A stretch of DNA of 64,000 bases from Octopus sinensis (lineage: Eukaryota), in NCBI RefSeq assembly GCF_006345805.1, contig NC_042998.1, forward strand, positions 30,194,001 through 30,258,000. The letters run 5' to 3'. The notes under the pieces are model-generated. The model worked only from the letters and a program-made list of their open reading frames with translations, was not told where the DNA came from and did not search any database. The position numbers and the translations under genes are program-made. Shown here piece by piece: positions 9,991-21,640 of this stretch (the first letter of the stretch is position 1; every line of letters begins with the position of its first letter).

Positions 9991-10418
9991 ATGTGGGTTG
10001 TATGTGTGTGTGTGTGGGAGTATGAATAAGTATTGTGTTGAAGTATTTAGCTATTTTATTTATTTATAGTTGCCTAGACATTTTATGTGTATGTATAGGG
10101 ATATATATATAGGTGTGTGATTTAGTGTATGTAGTTAGATATGGTGATATATAATTAGGTATATGTGTATGGGTGTATATATAGTTTATTATTATATTAT
10201 TATTATTTTTTTTTGTTTTGTTTTATATTTTATATTTTATATTTTATATTTAATTGTTGATAGGTTTTTTTAGTTTATATATTGTTTATATATTGATTAT
10301 ATATGGATTATAGATGGGTTATATATGGATTATATACTTATATTTTTTCATTCATACTTTAATTATTTTAAAATTATTATTTTTATATTTTAAAATATTG
10401 ATTTTTTAGATTGGAAGT

Positions 10419-10461
10419 CCACCTGAAGATTGTCGATCAAGACAAGAAACGATTGTAGTGG
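10419..10461 (+). ncRNA. Minimal type I hammerhead ribozyme (PLE-type)
   Basis: ccac-CUGAAGA-uuguc(gaucaa)gacaa-GAAA-c(gauu)g-UA-gugg. Intact core, 5-bp stem II, 4-bp stem I, predicted cleavage after GUA at 10457. Confidence 0.88.
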
Positions 10462-10479
10462 CGGTTTTTTTTACTATTT

Positions 10480-10632
10480 ATTAAAATTTTATGTATTGAT
10501 TAAGTCTTTCCTTGTTTGTTTTGCAAAATAGTGGTTTTGTCTCTAATAATATTTTATAATATTTTACTATAAAATCGATTTAATACTAAATCTGATGTTT
10601 TCCCTGTAAATTTGGATTTATTCCCTAATATT
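10480..10632 (+). repeat. PLE 3' terminus / pseudo-LTR segment
   Basis: Aligns with 20955-21107(-). Both copies end at TA repeats. Confidence 0.85.
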
Positions 10633-10879
10633 TATTATTATTATATATATATGTATATATATATATATATGTGTGTGTGTATATATGTATGCGTAGATAT
10701 ATTTGTATTTGGGTATATGTGTGTGAATACATATATTTACATCTATGGGTATGAGTGTATCGGTATTCGTCTGCATGTAAGTAGATATACATACATATGT
10801 GTATGTATATATATATATATATGTATACGTGTGCGTATGTATGTATGTGTGTATGAATGTATATATATGTATGTGTGTG

Positions 10880-11500
10880 CGTATGCATGTGTATGCGTGT
10901 GTGTCCGAGCGTTGAATCTTAAAAGTCAGCTAACGACAACCGCATGTGTAAAGAAGTATGAAAACTTCAGAAGTTGATAGAAATAAAGTACCAATTCCTT
11001 TAAAAGGATAACCACTTTAGCAGTACCAGAATCACCATTCCACCTCATCTACACATTCAGATCAGTCTGACAACGTCCCTCAGTGGCAAAACACCCTGAT
11101 AAGATCAGTGATGACTACTAAATTCAGGCCACGACAGACAGAGAGGATGTTCTTGAAGCCGAGAATTTTAAACTGACAGAGACAATATTTACATATCGCT
11201 TGAGCAAACACAACTAGGTCTGATAATGCAGGAAAACGGTGGCATAATCGAGTAACAGCACACATAGAGAACTACGTTGTTTCGAAACAATTGTAGTGAT
11301 TAAAAAATAAGTGTCCAACCGTACCCCTTCCTGCTGACTCCAGTTTTTTTCCATTATGTATTCACACATGACAGATGCCCAAATGCAAACCTTATACAAA
11401 GTCCGTATAATTCTACTATTTGATAGTGCAGGGTAAATCTGAGAGTGGACGAGCCTTATGCTGCATTCTACTACGTTCTTAACAGAATACACCATAACTA
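10880..11500 (+). repeat. Old decayed repeat family, copy 3
   Basis: Diverged homology to 2060-2345(-) and patchy homology to ~600-800(+). Confidence 0.55.
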
Positions 11501-11520
11501 TATGTGTGTGTGTGTGTGTG

Positions 11521-11712
11521 TGTCTCCCATTACTGCTTGACAACCGGTGCTGGTGTGTTTACGTACTCGTAATTCATCAGTTCAACAAAAGAGACATATA
11601 GAAAAGTAGGAGGCTTAAAAAATAATTCATAGTATCCAGTCGGTCGACTAAAACGCTTCAAGACGGTGCTCCAGCATAGCCACAGTCAATTGACTGAAAC
11701 GAGTAAAAGAAT
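11521..11712 (+). mobile_element. SINE family B, 3' half
   Basis: cttgacaaccggtgctggtgtgtttacg ... ggtgctccagcatagccacagtcaattgactgaaac. Confidence 0.85.
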
Positions 11713-12305
11713 ATACATACAAATACATATATGTATGTATGTCAGGTCACTTTCGAGCGCTACTGGTAACATGTAACGCAGTACAACCTGTTGCATGGTC
11801 GGGTCGTCGGCGACTAAACCCGCAACTCCACCAAGTTTGCTTGGTGAGGAGGGTATTTATTGGACACCCTGCGGTATGAAAAACAAAACCCGTCAAAGGG
11901 CGGAGGAACTCTTGAGAGTCAACAGCCATCCAATAAATGTCTTAAGGTTGTATCATGCGCGGGAACATAGAAATAATCGGATTGAATACCCGATCGTGCG
12001 GTTAAACCATTGGGAGTGGAGGACTCCTACCCTTTGTTAGGGTATCCTTCTAGGAGAAGGTAACTCAGGTAACTGGGATAACTCCGACATAAAACCTGCG
12101 GCTCACTGGTTACCGATGATGTTGACTTGTTCTTCTTTCCGGATTATGGCTGTTGTTGCTTAGTGAGTAGGATTGACTCAGTGCACAGCCTTTCCTCATT
12201 AAAAAAAAATCTTCTTGCACAGGCATTGCACGATAACAACATTGATTAATATTCATGCAATAGCCATACTCGACAACGAGGGAGCAGCCACCATGTATGT
12301 ACGTA

Positions 12306-12363
<58 letters not shown>

Positions 12364-12368
12364 TATGT

Positions 12369-12402
<34 letters not shown>

Positions 12403-14419
12403 CCATCCCAGAGTAGTTCTAAAGAATGAAAGTCTAAGGATTTGATGTCCTATGAAAATCGTAACATTGGAGCAACCAAAGTAATGAGCCCAGTTGAAAA
12501 TTATTTCCATATTCCGAATATGCTTAATCGTCTGGGAGATATAATAATGCATAACAATGCGGCAGTGCTAGCGTGTTTCAAACACAACCGAAAAACATTT
12601 AGCTTCACTTTATTACCATAGAATATGTTTACCATCATTGAAATATGCTGCCAGTCTAATAATGATTTTGCAATTTCCATTTTAGTTCAAAGAAAAAAAA
12701 GACATATAAAGTTGCACTGATATCAGGGTACATAATAGGTTTCATCTTTTGTATTTCTTCGTCAGCTTTATGGGAAATTTTGGGAGATTGCTTAATATCC
12801 AAGCTTGACGTTTATAGAACATTGACTGCTCTTCAACATAGAAAATACTGAAGATGGTCTGTGACTATATACACACTTAAACAAAGCCTGGTGTGACAGT
12901 AAGCTCTATAAGAAGCAAGGATCTTGTCAGTAGCTTTAGCAAACTACCTGAAGTGGTTTCTCGTACAACAACTTGAAATGGATTGAATATCAAATATCCG
13001 AGACATGTACGGTGGTTAAATAATATATTTAATATGAATACTGGCGTATGTCGCAAATAGAAGACTGAGCAGTAAATGCCATTGTTGCCAAATGTCAGAA
13101 AGACACTTTCGAAACTAGAAGGAAACAACAACACTTGTTCCAAGCAAACACTACAAGCTGAAGTGTATCACTAGACACAAGTCTGCGTCCAATATTACAT
13201 TACTGTTGACGGAAGAGCTAGACAGTCATTATTGGAGAAAAAAATAGATCTGTAGACCGGTTCATGTCCTTCAAAACTGCTTCAGCGGATGGCAGACAGG
13301 TAGCAGTATATTATACATTCCTGAGACACCATCAATAACTGATGAATAAGTAAACGGACGGAGGAGAGAAAGAACACACGAAAAGAATAAAGCGCTAAGA
13401 ATATCAAAGAAAAAAATTAAACATGAAAGTAAATCTTCAAGAACGTAATAGGAAATTAAATAAATGACAAAAGTAAAAGAATAAACCACACGCAAAGTAA
13501 ATGATAGAGTAGAAAAAAAATTAAAGGAGAGAGAATATATATATAAAATATGAGAAGAAAAAACATTAGGAGGGAAGCGAATAAATAAAGTCAAAATCTT
13601 AAATGTACAGCATTCGAAAATTTGAATGATGCACGAGAGGTAATTTAATATACATAAAATGTAGAAATACAGAGGGATATGTATAGAGCATAGGTGACTG
13701 CAAACTAAGTAGAAATCGCCTACGTTAGAAGGTCAGGAATAAATATATATGAAAGTCTTTTCTTTAGACGTGCTGTGTTCAAATCACAATTATCTTTCCA
13801 TTTTAACATTTTTTTTTCTTCAGAATTCTGTTGCACAAGTCCCCTGCACATCGTTTCGGAAACAATTACTCTTAATCCTGTCACCGTCAACGCTTTCTCT
13901 CATTGCATCTTCAGAATAGATACACAAGTATACACAGACGAACGCGCAGAGCGTGCAGGCAAACGCAAATACACATAAACACTTAAACGCATACACATAT
14001 ATATGTATATATGCACATGTGTGTACATACATTTACATGTGTGTGTGTGTGTGTATTTCTGTGTAATTATGTATTTATGTATGTATAACCTTTTCACGAA
14101 CGTTATTGACAGTTATTGAACAGAAATTATCAATATACAAATGTTTCAGCTAAACAAATGTTTCAGAATCTGGCAAACATTGATGAATTAATGATATATG
14201 GGTGTTCGGTAAGAACATTTATTTTCTTTGCATCTATGTATTGTCTCAGAATGGATTTTTGTTTTTAGAAATTTCCAAACAGACGTCTTGTTCCCCAAAT
14301 ACATTTTTAATTCGTACTTTCTTTGTCAAACAAATCGGGAAGTTATAAACACATAAATAAATTGTCGCTTAATAAAGTAGTTTAGTCCTGTGACAGTTAC
14401 GTCTGTAAATATAAGAAAT

Positions 14420-14675
14420 GACGCAGGAGTGGCTTTGCGGTAAGTAATTTGCTCACCAGCCACCTGGTTCCGGGTTCAGTCCCACTGCTGGCACCTTGGG
14501 TAAGTGTCTTCTACTATAGTCTCGGGCCGACCAAAGCCTTGTGAGTAGATTTGGTAGACGGAAACTGAAAGAAGCCCGTCGTATATATATATATATTCAT
14601 ATATATATATAAGAGAGAGAGAGAGAGAGAGAGAAGAAGCCCGTCGTATATATATATTCATATATATATGAGATA

Positions 14676-14757
<82 letters not shown>

Positions 14758-14975
14758 TGTGTGTGTGTGTGTGTCTATGTATATGCTTGCGTATCTGTGT
14801 TTTTTGTCCCCCCAATCGCTTGACAACCGATGTGGTTTGTTTACGTCTCCGTCACTTAGCGGTTCGGCAAGAGAAACCGATACAATAAGTACTAGGCTTA
14901 TAAAGAATAAGACTTGGGGGTCGACTTGCTCCAATGAAGGCGGTGCTCCAGCATGGCTACAGTCAAATAAAAGAA
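14420..14975 (+). mobile_element. SINE family B, full length with internal microsatellite
   Basis: tRNA-like head gcaggagtggct...ggttccgggttcagtccc, body ccttgggtaagtgtc, internal TA/GA/TG repeats and shared 3' tail. Confidence 0.9.
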
Positions 14976-15344
14976 TAAATGGATAAATGTCAGATATTTT
15001 CGGTGGAATGAGATAGGAAAAATACATCCATTCGAGACATAAACGGCCAAAAATGATTTCAGTTCTCCTAAATAAATGATATTGAAAATTTTATAGAAAC
15101 ACACATCTACATACATGCTCGTATATATACACATACATATATATTTATGTATGCGTATATATGTGTGTGTATAAATAGGATAAAATCTATATAAGAATTT
15201 ATCAAGTAGGCAGCGTGAAAAACCTGATAGGGAAAAAATATTAATTATTCCCTTTAAATATATTTATTCATAGTAAGGGCATCTATGTATAGTAATACCC
15301 CTATATATATATATAAATAAATATATATATATATATATATGTGA

Positions 15345-15502
15345 ACTCCTTTCAGTTTCAATCTAACAAATGCATTCACGTACCCTTGGTCGGCCCGAGG
15401 CTATACTAGAAGTTACCTACCCAGAGTGTCACGCGATGATGATGGAACCCTGAAGCATGTGGTTGGAAAACAAGCTTCTTACTACACAGCTACATCAGCG
15501 CC
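15345..15502 (-). mobile_element. SINE family B, degenerate 5' half
   Basis: ttggtcggcccgaggctata ... catgtggttgg on the + strand. Confidence 0.75.
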
Positions 15503-15544
15503 TATAAAGCCATGGCTGTTCATACATATGTATATATACGCACG

Positions 15545-15730
15545 CGTCGAGCTACCAGAATCATTAGTACGCCGGACGAAATGTGTAGCCGTATTTCGTC
15601 TGCCGCTACGTTCTGGGTTCAATTGGATAAGTACCAGTTACGCACTGGTGTCGATATAATCGACTTAATGGTTTTGTCTATCCTTGTTTGTCCCCTCTAT
15701 GTTTACCCCCTGTAGACAATAAAGAAATAT
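15545..15730 (+). mobile_element. SINE family C, internally deleted
   Basis: gagctaccagaatcattagtacgccggacgaaatg ... aagtaccagttacgcactgg ... aataaagaaat. Confidence 0.85.
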
Positions 15731-15739
15731 CTATATATG

Positions 15740-15778
<39 letters not shown>

Positions 15779-15962
15779 TATATATACATATATATATATA
15801 TGAAAAGACAAGTCAAAATAGAAAATGTGAAAATGATTTTATAAAGAACGTTTCAGTACCGGTTTCGGTCATTTGAGACCTTTTCAATTGTAACTATTAA
15901 ATACATTTTCTGTTTTGACTTGTTTTTTCATATATATCAACTTGTGTGTCCCTTTTCATCCT

Positions 15963-15999
<37 letters not shown>

Positions 16000-16071
16000 C
16001 ACGCTTGTGTGCTGAAGTATTTTGTCATGGGGATGAATTTCTTTGTGTGGAGTTCAGGTGTCTTGGAACTT

Positions 16072-16598
16072 TCTAACTAGAAAGGGTATGGCCTGGTCAG
16101 CCTGTAATGACATGCATAAGATCTGGTCATCAAATCTAAGTAGAGACTTCAAACTTGAAATATTCAAAGCCACAGTCGAACCAATTCTACTATATGGCTC
16201 AGAAACCTGAACGTTATCAAAGAAGCTTGAGAGGCGGTTGGATGGAACCTACACTCGCCTCCTTATGAGAGCTCAAAATCTCTCGTGGAAGCGCCATCCA
16301 ACCAAAATGCAAATATATGGGAAACTACCCCCTGTGTCATCTCTTGTGAAAGGTAGGAGAGTCCAGTTTGCTGGACATTGTTGTAGAGCTGAAAAAGAAG
16401 TAATTTCTACTCGTCTCCTCTGGAAGCCATATATTCGCAATACCAGAGGGCGCACACTCTCCTACCCTGATGTAATTTCCAGGGATACAGGCATCCAGCA
16501 ACAGAACCTCCGTAATGCCATGATGGACCGTGAAGTCTGGCGTAGCATGGTAAATTCCATTGTCTCGACCACGGTCGAACAATGATGATGAATGATGA
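16072..16598 (+). mobile_element. RTE-clade LINE 3' fragment with 13-bp target-site duplication
   Basis: Reads ...PILLYGSET*TL...RRVQFAGHC...DREVWR, ends in an (ATG)n tail, and is flanked by tgtcttggaactt at 16059-16071 and 16599-16611. Confidence 0.92.
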
Positions 16599-16649
16599 TG
16601 TCTTGGAACTTCAAATTTCGCATTCAGGAAAGGGACTATCCCTTTGAAA

Positions 16650-17259
16650 TTAGCAGCGCACGTGGTGGTTCTTCTTTGGAGTGTATAAGTGTGAAATATT
16701 GCTTGTGTATGCAGGGAAAGAAGATTTAATTCCTAATATTTATGATCTTTTGACTATATGATATTTGGTTTTTCAGATATGTTCACATTTGGTAGCCCGA
16801 CATCTGTATTTTCTGACTCCAGCAATTTTATCGGGGGGGGGGTTATATATTACATCTTCTTCGATAGGGTGTTGCATGTTTTCTATTTTTGTCTCTGAAT
16901 GTCGCCATATATTGTGAATACCTTTTCGTTGAAAAAATTGCCCGTCATTCCGATATATACGTCGTTGCTACCCCTTTGGAATCCGTGATTTTGGCCTTGT
17001 ATAAAGTTGTTTGTCGAGAGAGCTATTGTTTAGGGGAAATGGTTTGGAGATCTGAGGTTGTATTGTCTTTTGGGGATGCTTCTGGTGCTTTATAGTTTTT
17101 ATTGTGGTTCAATATTATTGACAGTATATTAGGTAGGGGTTAACTATAGTTAACTTAAACAGTGTTTCTGTGAATAGCTTGTGGTATTAGTGTGAATGTT
17201 GGAAGTAATTATCTATTAATTATAAGAACATCCAAGCTATGTTAGTGTTTACATTCATG
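16650..17259 (-). mobile_element. Decayed PLE linker + GIY-YIG fragment, similar type to the 2704 element
   Basis: Minus-strand translation VNTNIAWMFL*LIDNYF...YHKLF, PLNNS..LYKAKITD, DVYIGMTGNFF...FRDKNRKHAT. Confidence 0.75.
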
Positions 17260-17276
17260 TTATATATATATATATA

Positions 17277-17684
17277 CTCTTTACTCTTTTACTTGTTTCA
17301 GTAATTTGACTGCGGCCATGCTGGAGCACCGCCTTTTGTCGAGCAAATCGACCCCGGGACTTATTCTTTGTAAGCCCAGTACTTATTCTATCGGTCTCTT
17401 TTGCCGAACCGCTAAGTGCCGGGGACGTAAACACACCAGCATCGGTTGTCAAACAATGCTAGGGGGACAAACACAGATACACAAACACACACACATACAT
17501 ATATATATATATACATATATACGATAGGCTTCTTTCAGTTTCCGTCTACCAATTCCACTCACAAGGCATTGGTCGGCCCGGGGCTATAGCAGAAGACACT
17601 TACCCAAGATGCCACGCAGTGGGACTGAACCCGGAACCATGTGGCTGGTTAGCAAGCTACTTACCACTCAGCCACTCCTGCGCT
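17277..17684 (-). mobile_element. SINE family B, full length
   Basis: Reverse-complement match to the other B copies over both halves. Confidence 0.92.
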
Positions 17685-17694
17685 ATATATATAT

Positions 17695-17733
<39 letters not shown>

Positions 17734-18287
17734 GGCGAATACTCATTATAAATGTCACCACCAGTGGCCTAGCATGTATAAAAATTCAATAGGCAACATA
17801 TTTGTATTTCAAAATAGAAAATTACCCTTTAACAGGTAATTTTACATGCTAGAAATAGCAGCCAACACGGCTAAAAAAAAACACGATTTTATAGCAAATT
17901 TCGAAGTAAATGAAAAATAAAAACATTTACCTTGTTATATAACGGCTATACCATGGTTTTGGATTACTTTAGCAGAATAATATCGTTTGCTATCTTTTAA
18001 TAGATAATTTAGCAAGACCATATTATCTCCCAAACCTGTTAAAGGGTAATTTTCTATTTTGAAATACGTATATATATATATATATATGAATGGTTAAATC
18101 ACTGCGCAAAATTCTAAAATTCAGAAAATTGCAATGCTAAACGCATCATATGAAGAACTGAGAATGCATAATAGGATATTGTTAATTATATACTAAAATT
18201 TCATTCACTCTCTCTCACATATACGTTTTATTATACAAGTGAATATATTGCTACATATGTAATACACATATAGATAAACACGTATAC

Positions 18288-18328
<41 letters not shown>

Positions 18329-18386
18329 TACATATATGTTATTAATATATATACCTGTGCGTGTACATAAATTTATATATACATAC

Positions 18387-18449
<63 letters not shown>

Positions 18450-18452
<3 letters not shown>

Positions 18453-19030
18453 TCACCCACCAGTGTAAAATTAACAGCAGACCTTGAAGCAATCCAGAGA
18501 AGATTCACAAAGAAGATCCTCTCTTTGCAACAGCTCAGCTACTGGGAAAGGTTGAAACAGCTAAGACTCTACTCCCTAGAGAGAAGACGGGAGAGGTATG
18601 CAGTAATATATATCTGGAAGATCCTGGAAGGAATTGTGCCAAATTTTGGCATTGTAAGCTACACCAATGCTAGAACGGGACGACACTGTATAGTGCCAAA
18701 GATCCCAGCAATGCCATCACGCTTTAGGACCAGCTTCTGCAACAGCCTGGGTTTCAAGGGCCCACAGCTCTTTAATATTCTCCCAAAGAGTCTGGGGAAC
18801 TTGCACAAAGTAGATGTAGCAGTTTTTAAATCAAAGCTGGACATCCTCCTGTCGAGAGTCCCAGATGAACCTACCTCACGGCAAGAGGTGCAAATGAGAA
18901 TAGCTATGTCAAAGTCCATTCTTCACCAAGTGCCACATATTAGAGGAGATTCTTCGTAATAACAGTGTAGCACAAAACGGCGGTGCATCAGCATGGCCGC
19001 AGCTCTGAGCTGAAACAAGCAAAAAAAAAA
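18450..19030 (+). mobile_element. CR1-like LINE 3' fragment
   Basis: WSP...[12 protein letters not shown]...[20 protein letters not shown]...GPQLFNILP...FKSKLD...PDEP. Begins directly after (TA)n. Confidence 0.9.
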
Positions 19031-19049
19031 AATATATATATATATATAA

Positions 19050-19270
19050 ATGGTGGGTTGCGCGTGTCTAAGGCGAATCTTCAGTACGCCGTGAAAATTT
19101 TTTAGCGGCATTTCGTTCGTATTTAAGTTCTGAGATTCCACCGAGGTTGACTTTGTTGTTCATATTTTAGGATTCGATAGAATAAGTACCAGTTGAACAC
19201 TAGGGTCGATGTAATTCACTGAACATCTTCTCCCAAAACTACCGGCCTTTTGCCAAAATTTGAAAACAAT
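19050..19270 (+). mobile_element. SINE family C variant, degenerate
   Basis: gttctgagattccaccgaggttgacttt ... aagtaccagttgaacactagggtcgatg. Confidence 0.7.
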
Positions 19271-19502
19271 ACATGTGCATTTGTGTGCAGATGTGTTTGT
19301 GTGTATATGTGTGTGTGTATGTGTGCATATATGTCTGTGGGTATGCATGTATATTTGTATGTGTCTATATATGTACAAGTTAGGTTCCTCTGATGAGTCT
19401 ACGAAACATTATGTTACATGACGCCGAATGATGCGGTTTCAAATGAAATATATACTACTAAACGTATAAAATGTCTCCTTTTTTCGTTTGTCTACTCAGT
19501 TG

Positions 19503-19517
19503 TAGATAGATAGACAT

Positions 19518-19590
<73 letters not shown>

Positions 19591-19765
19591 GAGATAGATA
19601 GACAGATAGATAGATAAACAGATAGATAGATAGATAGATATAGACAGATAGACAGATAAATAGATATACATATATAGACCGATAGACAGATAGATAGATA
19701 GACAGATAAATAGATAGATAAACAGATAGATAGATAGACAGATAAATAGACAGACAGACAGATAA

Positions 19766-19860
<95 letters not shown>

Positions 19861-19866
19861 TATAGA
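19503..19866. repeat. (TAGA)n / (CAGA) compound microsatellite
   Basis: Seen directly. Confidence 0.98.
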
Positions 19867-20399
19867 TATGACACATTCACCGAAAACGCCACCGTAAATA
19901 AAACTGAAAAGCGTACTGGTCGAATGACACATATGTCCATAGATAATGGTACAAAAATAGCTTCATGGGAATAGCACAATGCCGAATGTTTTTTTTGTTG
20001 TTTTTTTTACTTATTCAAAATAAAACAGTTTTCAAAAAAATATACTTTTGTTATTCTCTGTTTGGGTATATGCGGCTGTCAGTTATGTATATCTTCCAAC
20101 AGGTATCTGATAGAAAATAAAAATTCCATTACTATCTTTGTTGTATTAGCAATACGAAAGCTTTCCAACACACGCACAAAAACAGACTGTTTTAGACATT
20201 ACTACATGTGGGGTGCTTACAACTAATTTAATGTGTATTATAGCAGACTATTATTTGTTTTTATATATTTCACCTTTTTTCCCTAGTACCAGGTTTAAAA
20301 TTTGACGAATGCTACGACTGTGACTCCGGCTCATATGTATATTACACAAACACACACAAACACATACACCCCCTACACACACAAATACACACACATATA

Positions 20400-20845
20400 G
20401 GCGCAGGAGTGGCTGTGATATAGGCGCAGGGGTGGCTGTGTGGTAAGTAGCTTGCTTACCAACCAAATGGTTCCGAGTTCAGTCCCACTGCGTGGCATCT
20501 TGGGCAAGTGTCTTAAACTATAGCCCCGGGCCGACCAAAGCCTTGTGAGTGGATTTGGTAGACGGAAACCGAAAGAAGCCCGTCGTATATATGTATGTAT
20601 GTATGTATGTATATATATGTGCGTGTTTGTGTGTCTGTGTTTGTCCCCCTAGCATTGTTTGACAACCGATGCTAGTATGTTACGTCCCCGTCACTTAGCG
20701 GTTCGGCAAAAGAGACCAATAGAATAAGTACTGGGCTTATAAAAGAATAAGTCCCGGGGTCGATTTGCTCGACTAAAGGCGGTGCTCCAGCATGGCCGCA
20801 GTCAAATGACTGAAACAAGAAAAAGAGTAAAAAAGAGTAAAGAGT
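20400..20845 (+). mobile_element. SINE family B, full length with duplicated head start
   Basis: ggcgcaggagtggctgtg occurs twice in tandem, followed by the canonical body and tail. Confidence 0.92.
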
Positions 20846-20954
20846 ATATACGTCTAGACAAAATGTTTTGAATGAATGTAACGAAAGTAACACACATACA
20901 CATATGGAAAGGGAGGGATATTGTTATAGATTAAGTTATATATATATATATATA

Positions 20955-21243
20955 TAATAATATTAGGGAATAAATCCAAATTTACAGGGAAAAATTAGAT
21001 TTAGGACTGAATCCAATTTTATAGTAAAATATTATATAATATTAATTAGAGACAAAACCACTATTATGCAAATCAAACAAAGAAAGACTTAATCCAATAC
21101 ATAAAAATGTTTATATAAATTAAATAAAATTAAATTTTATTTTATTTTATTTTATTTTATTTATATAAAATTTTTTATGTATTGGATTAAGTCTTTCTTT
21201 GTTTGATTTGCATAATAGTGGTTTTGTCTCTAATTAATATTAT
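20955..21243. mobile_element. Solo PLE terminus in inverted (fold-back) arrangement
   Basis: 20955-21107(-) matches 10480-10632. 21036-21107 and 21172-21243 form a perfect 72-bp inverted repeat. Confidence 0.88.
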
Positions 21244-21394
21244 TAAGCTCCACACGCATCTCCGACAGAAGGTAATGGCGAATTTCTGCTGACTCTTTCC
21301 TCCTGCATCTTGCAGCTCACCTGCGTCCCGTCCAAGTAGGGGCCCTATACGCCAAGGAAACCGGGAAACCGGCCCTTATGAGCCATAATGAGCG

Positions 21395-21434
21395 ATATTT
21401 GGGGGGGGGGACAAACACAGATACAGAGACATAT

Positions 21435-21477
<43 letters not shown>

Positions 21478-21640
21478 TACGACGGGATTCTTTCAGTTTC
21501 CGTCTACCAAATCCACTCGCAAGGCTTTGGTCGGCCCAAGGCTGTAGTAGAAGACACGTGCCCAAGGTGTCATGCAGTGGGACTGGACCCGGAACCATGT
21601 GGTTGGTAAACAAGCTACTTTCCACACTACCACTCCTGCG
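21395..21640 (-). mobile_element. SINE family B, 5' half
   Basis: tttcagtttccgtctaccaaatccactc ... cactcctgcg. Confidence 0.88.

Larger units (their letters stand above)
2704..10632 (+). mobile_element. Penelope-like retroelement (C-terminal EN+), 5'-truncated, with a very long structured/repeated 3' region and a hammerhead terminus
   Basis: RT + GIY-YIG frame at 2704-5014, hammerhead at 10419-10461, terminus abutting (TTA)/(TA)n at ~10632. Assigning 5015-10400 to the element is inference from continuity and the absence of another junction. Confidence 0.7.

Noticed and set aside
11755-12240. GC-richer block resembling a retroelement 5' UTR
   Set aside because: There is no second copy, TSD or coding motif in the window to support a call.
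19388-19420. Hammerhead-like CUGAUGA...GAAAC
   Set aside because: Stem II is only ~2 bp and no stem I pairing is possible with the flanks.
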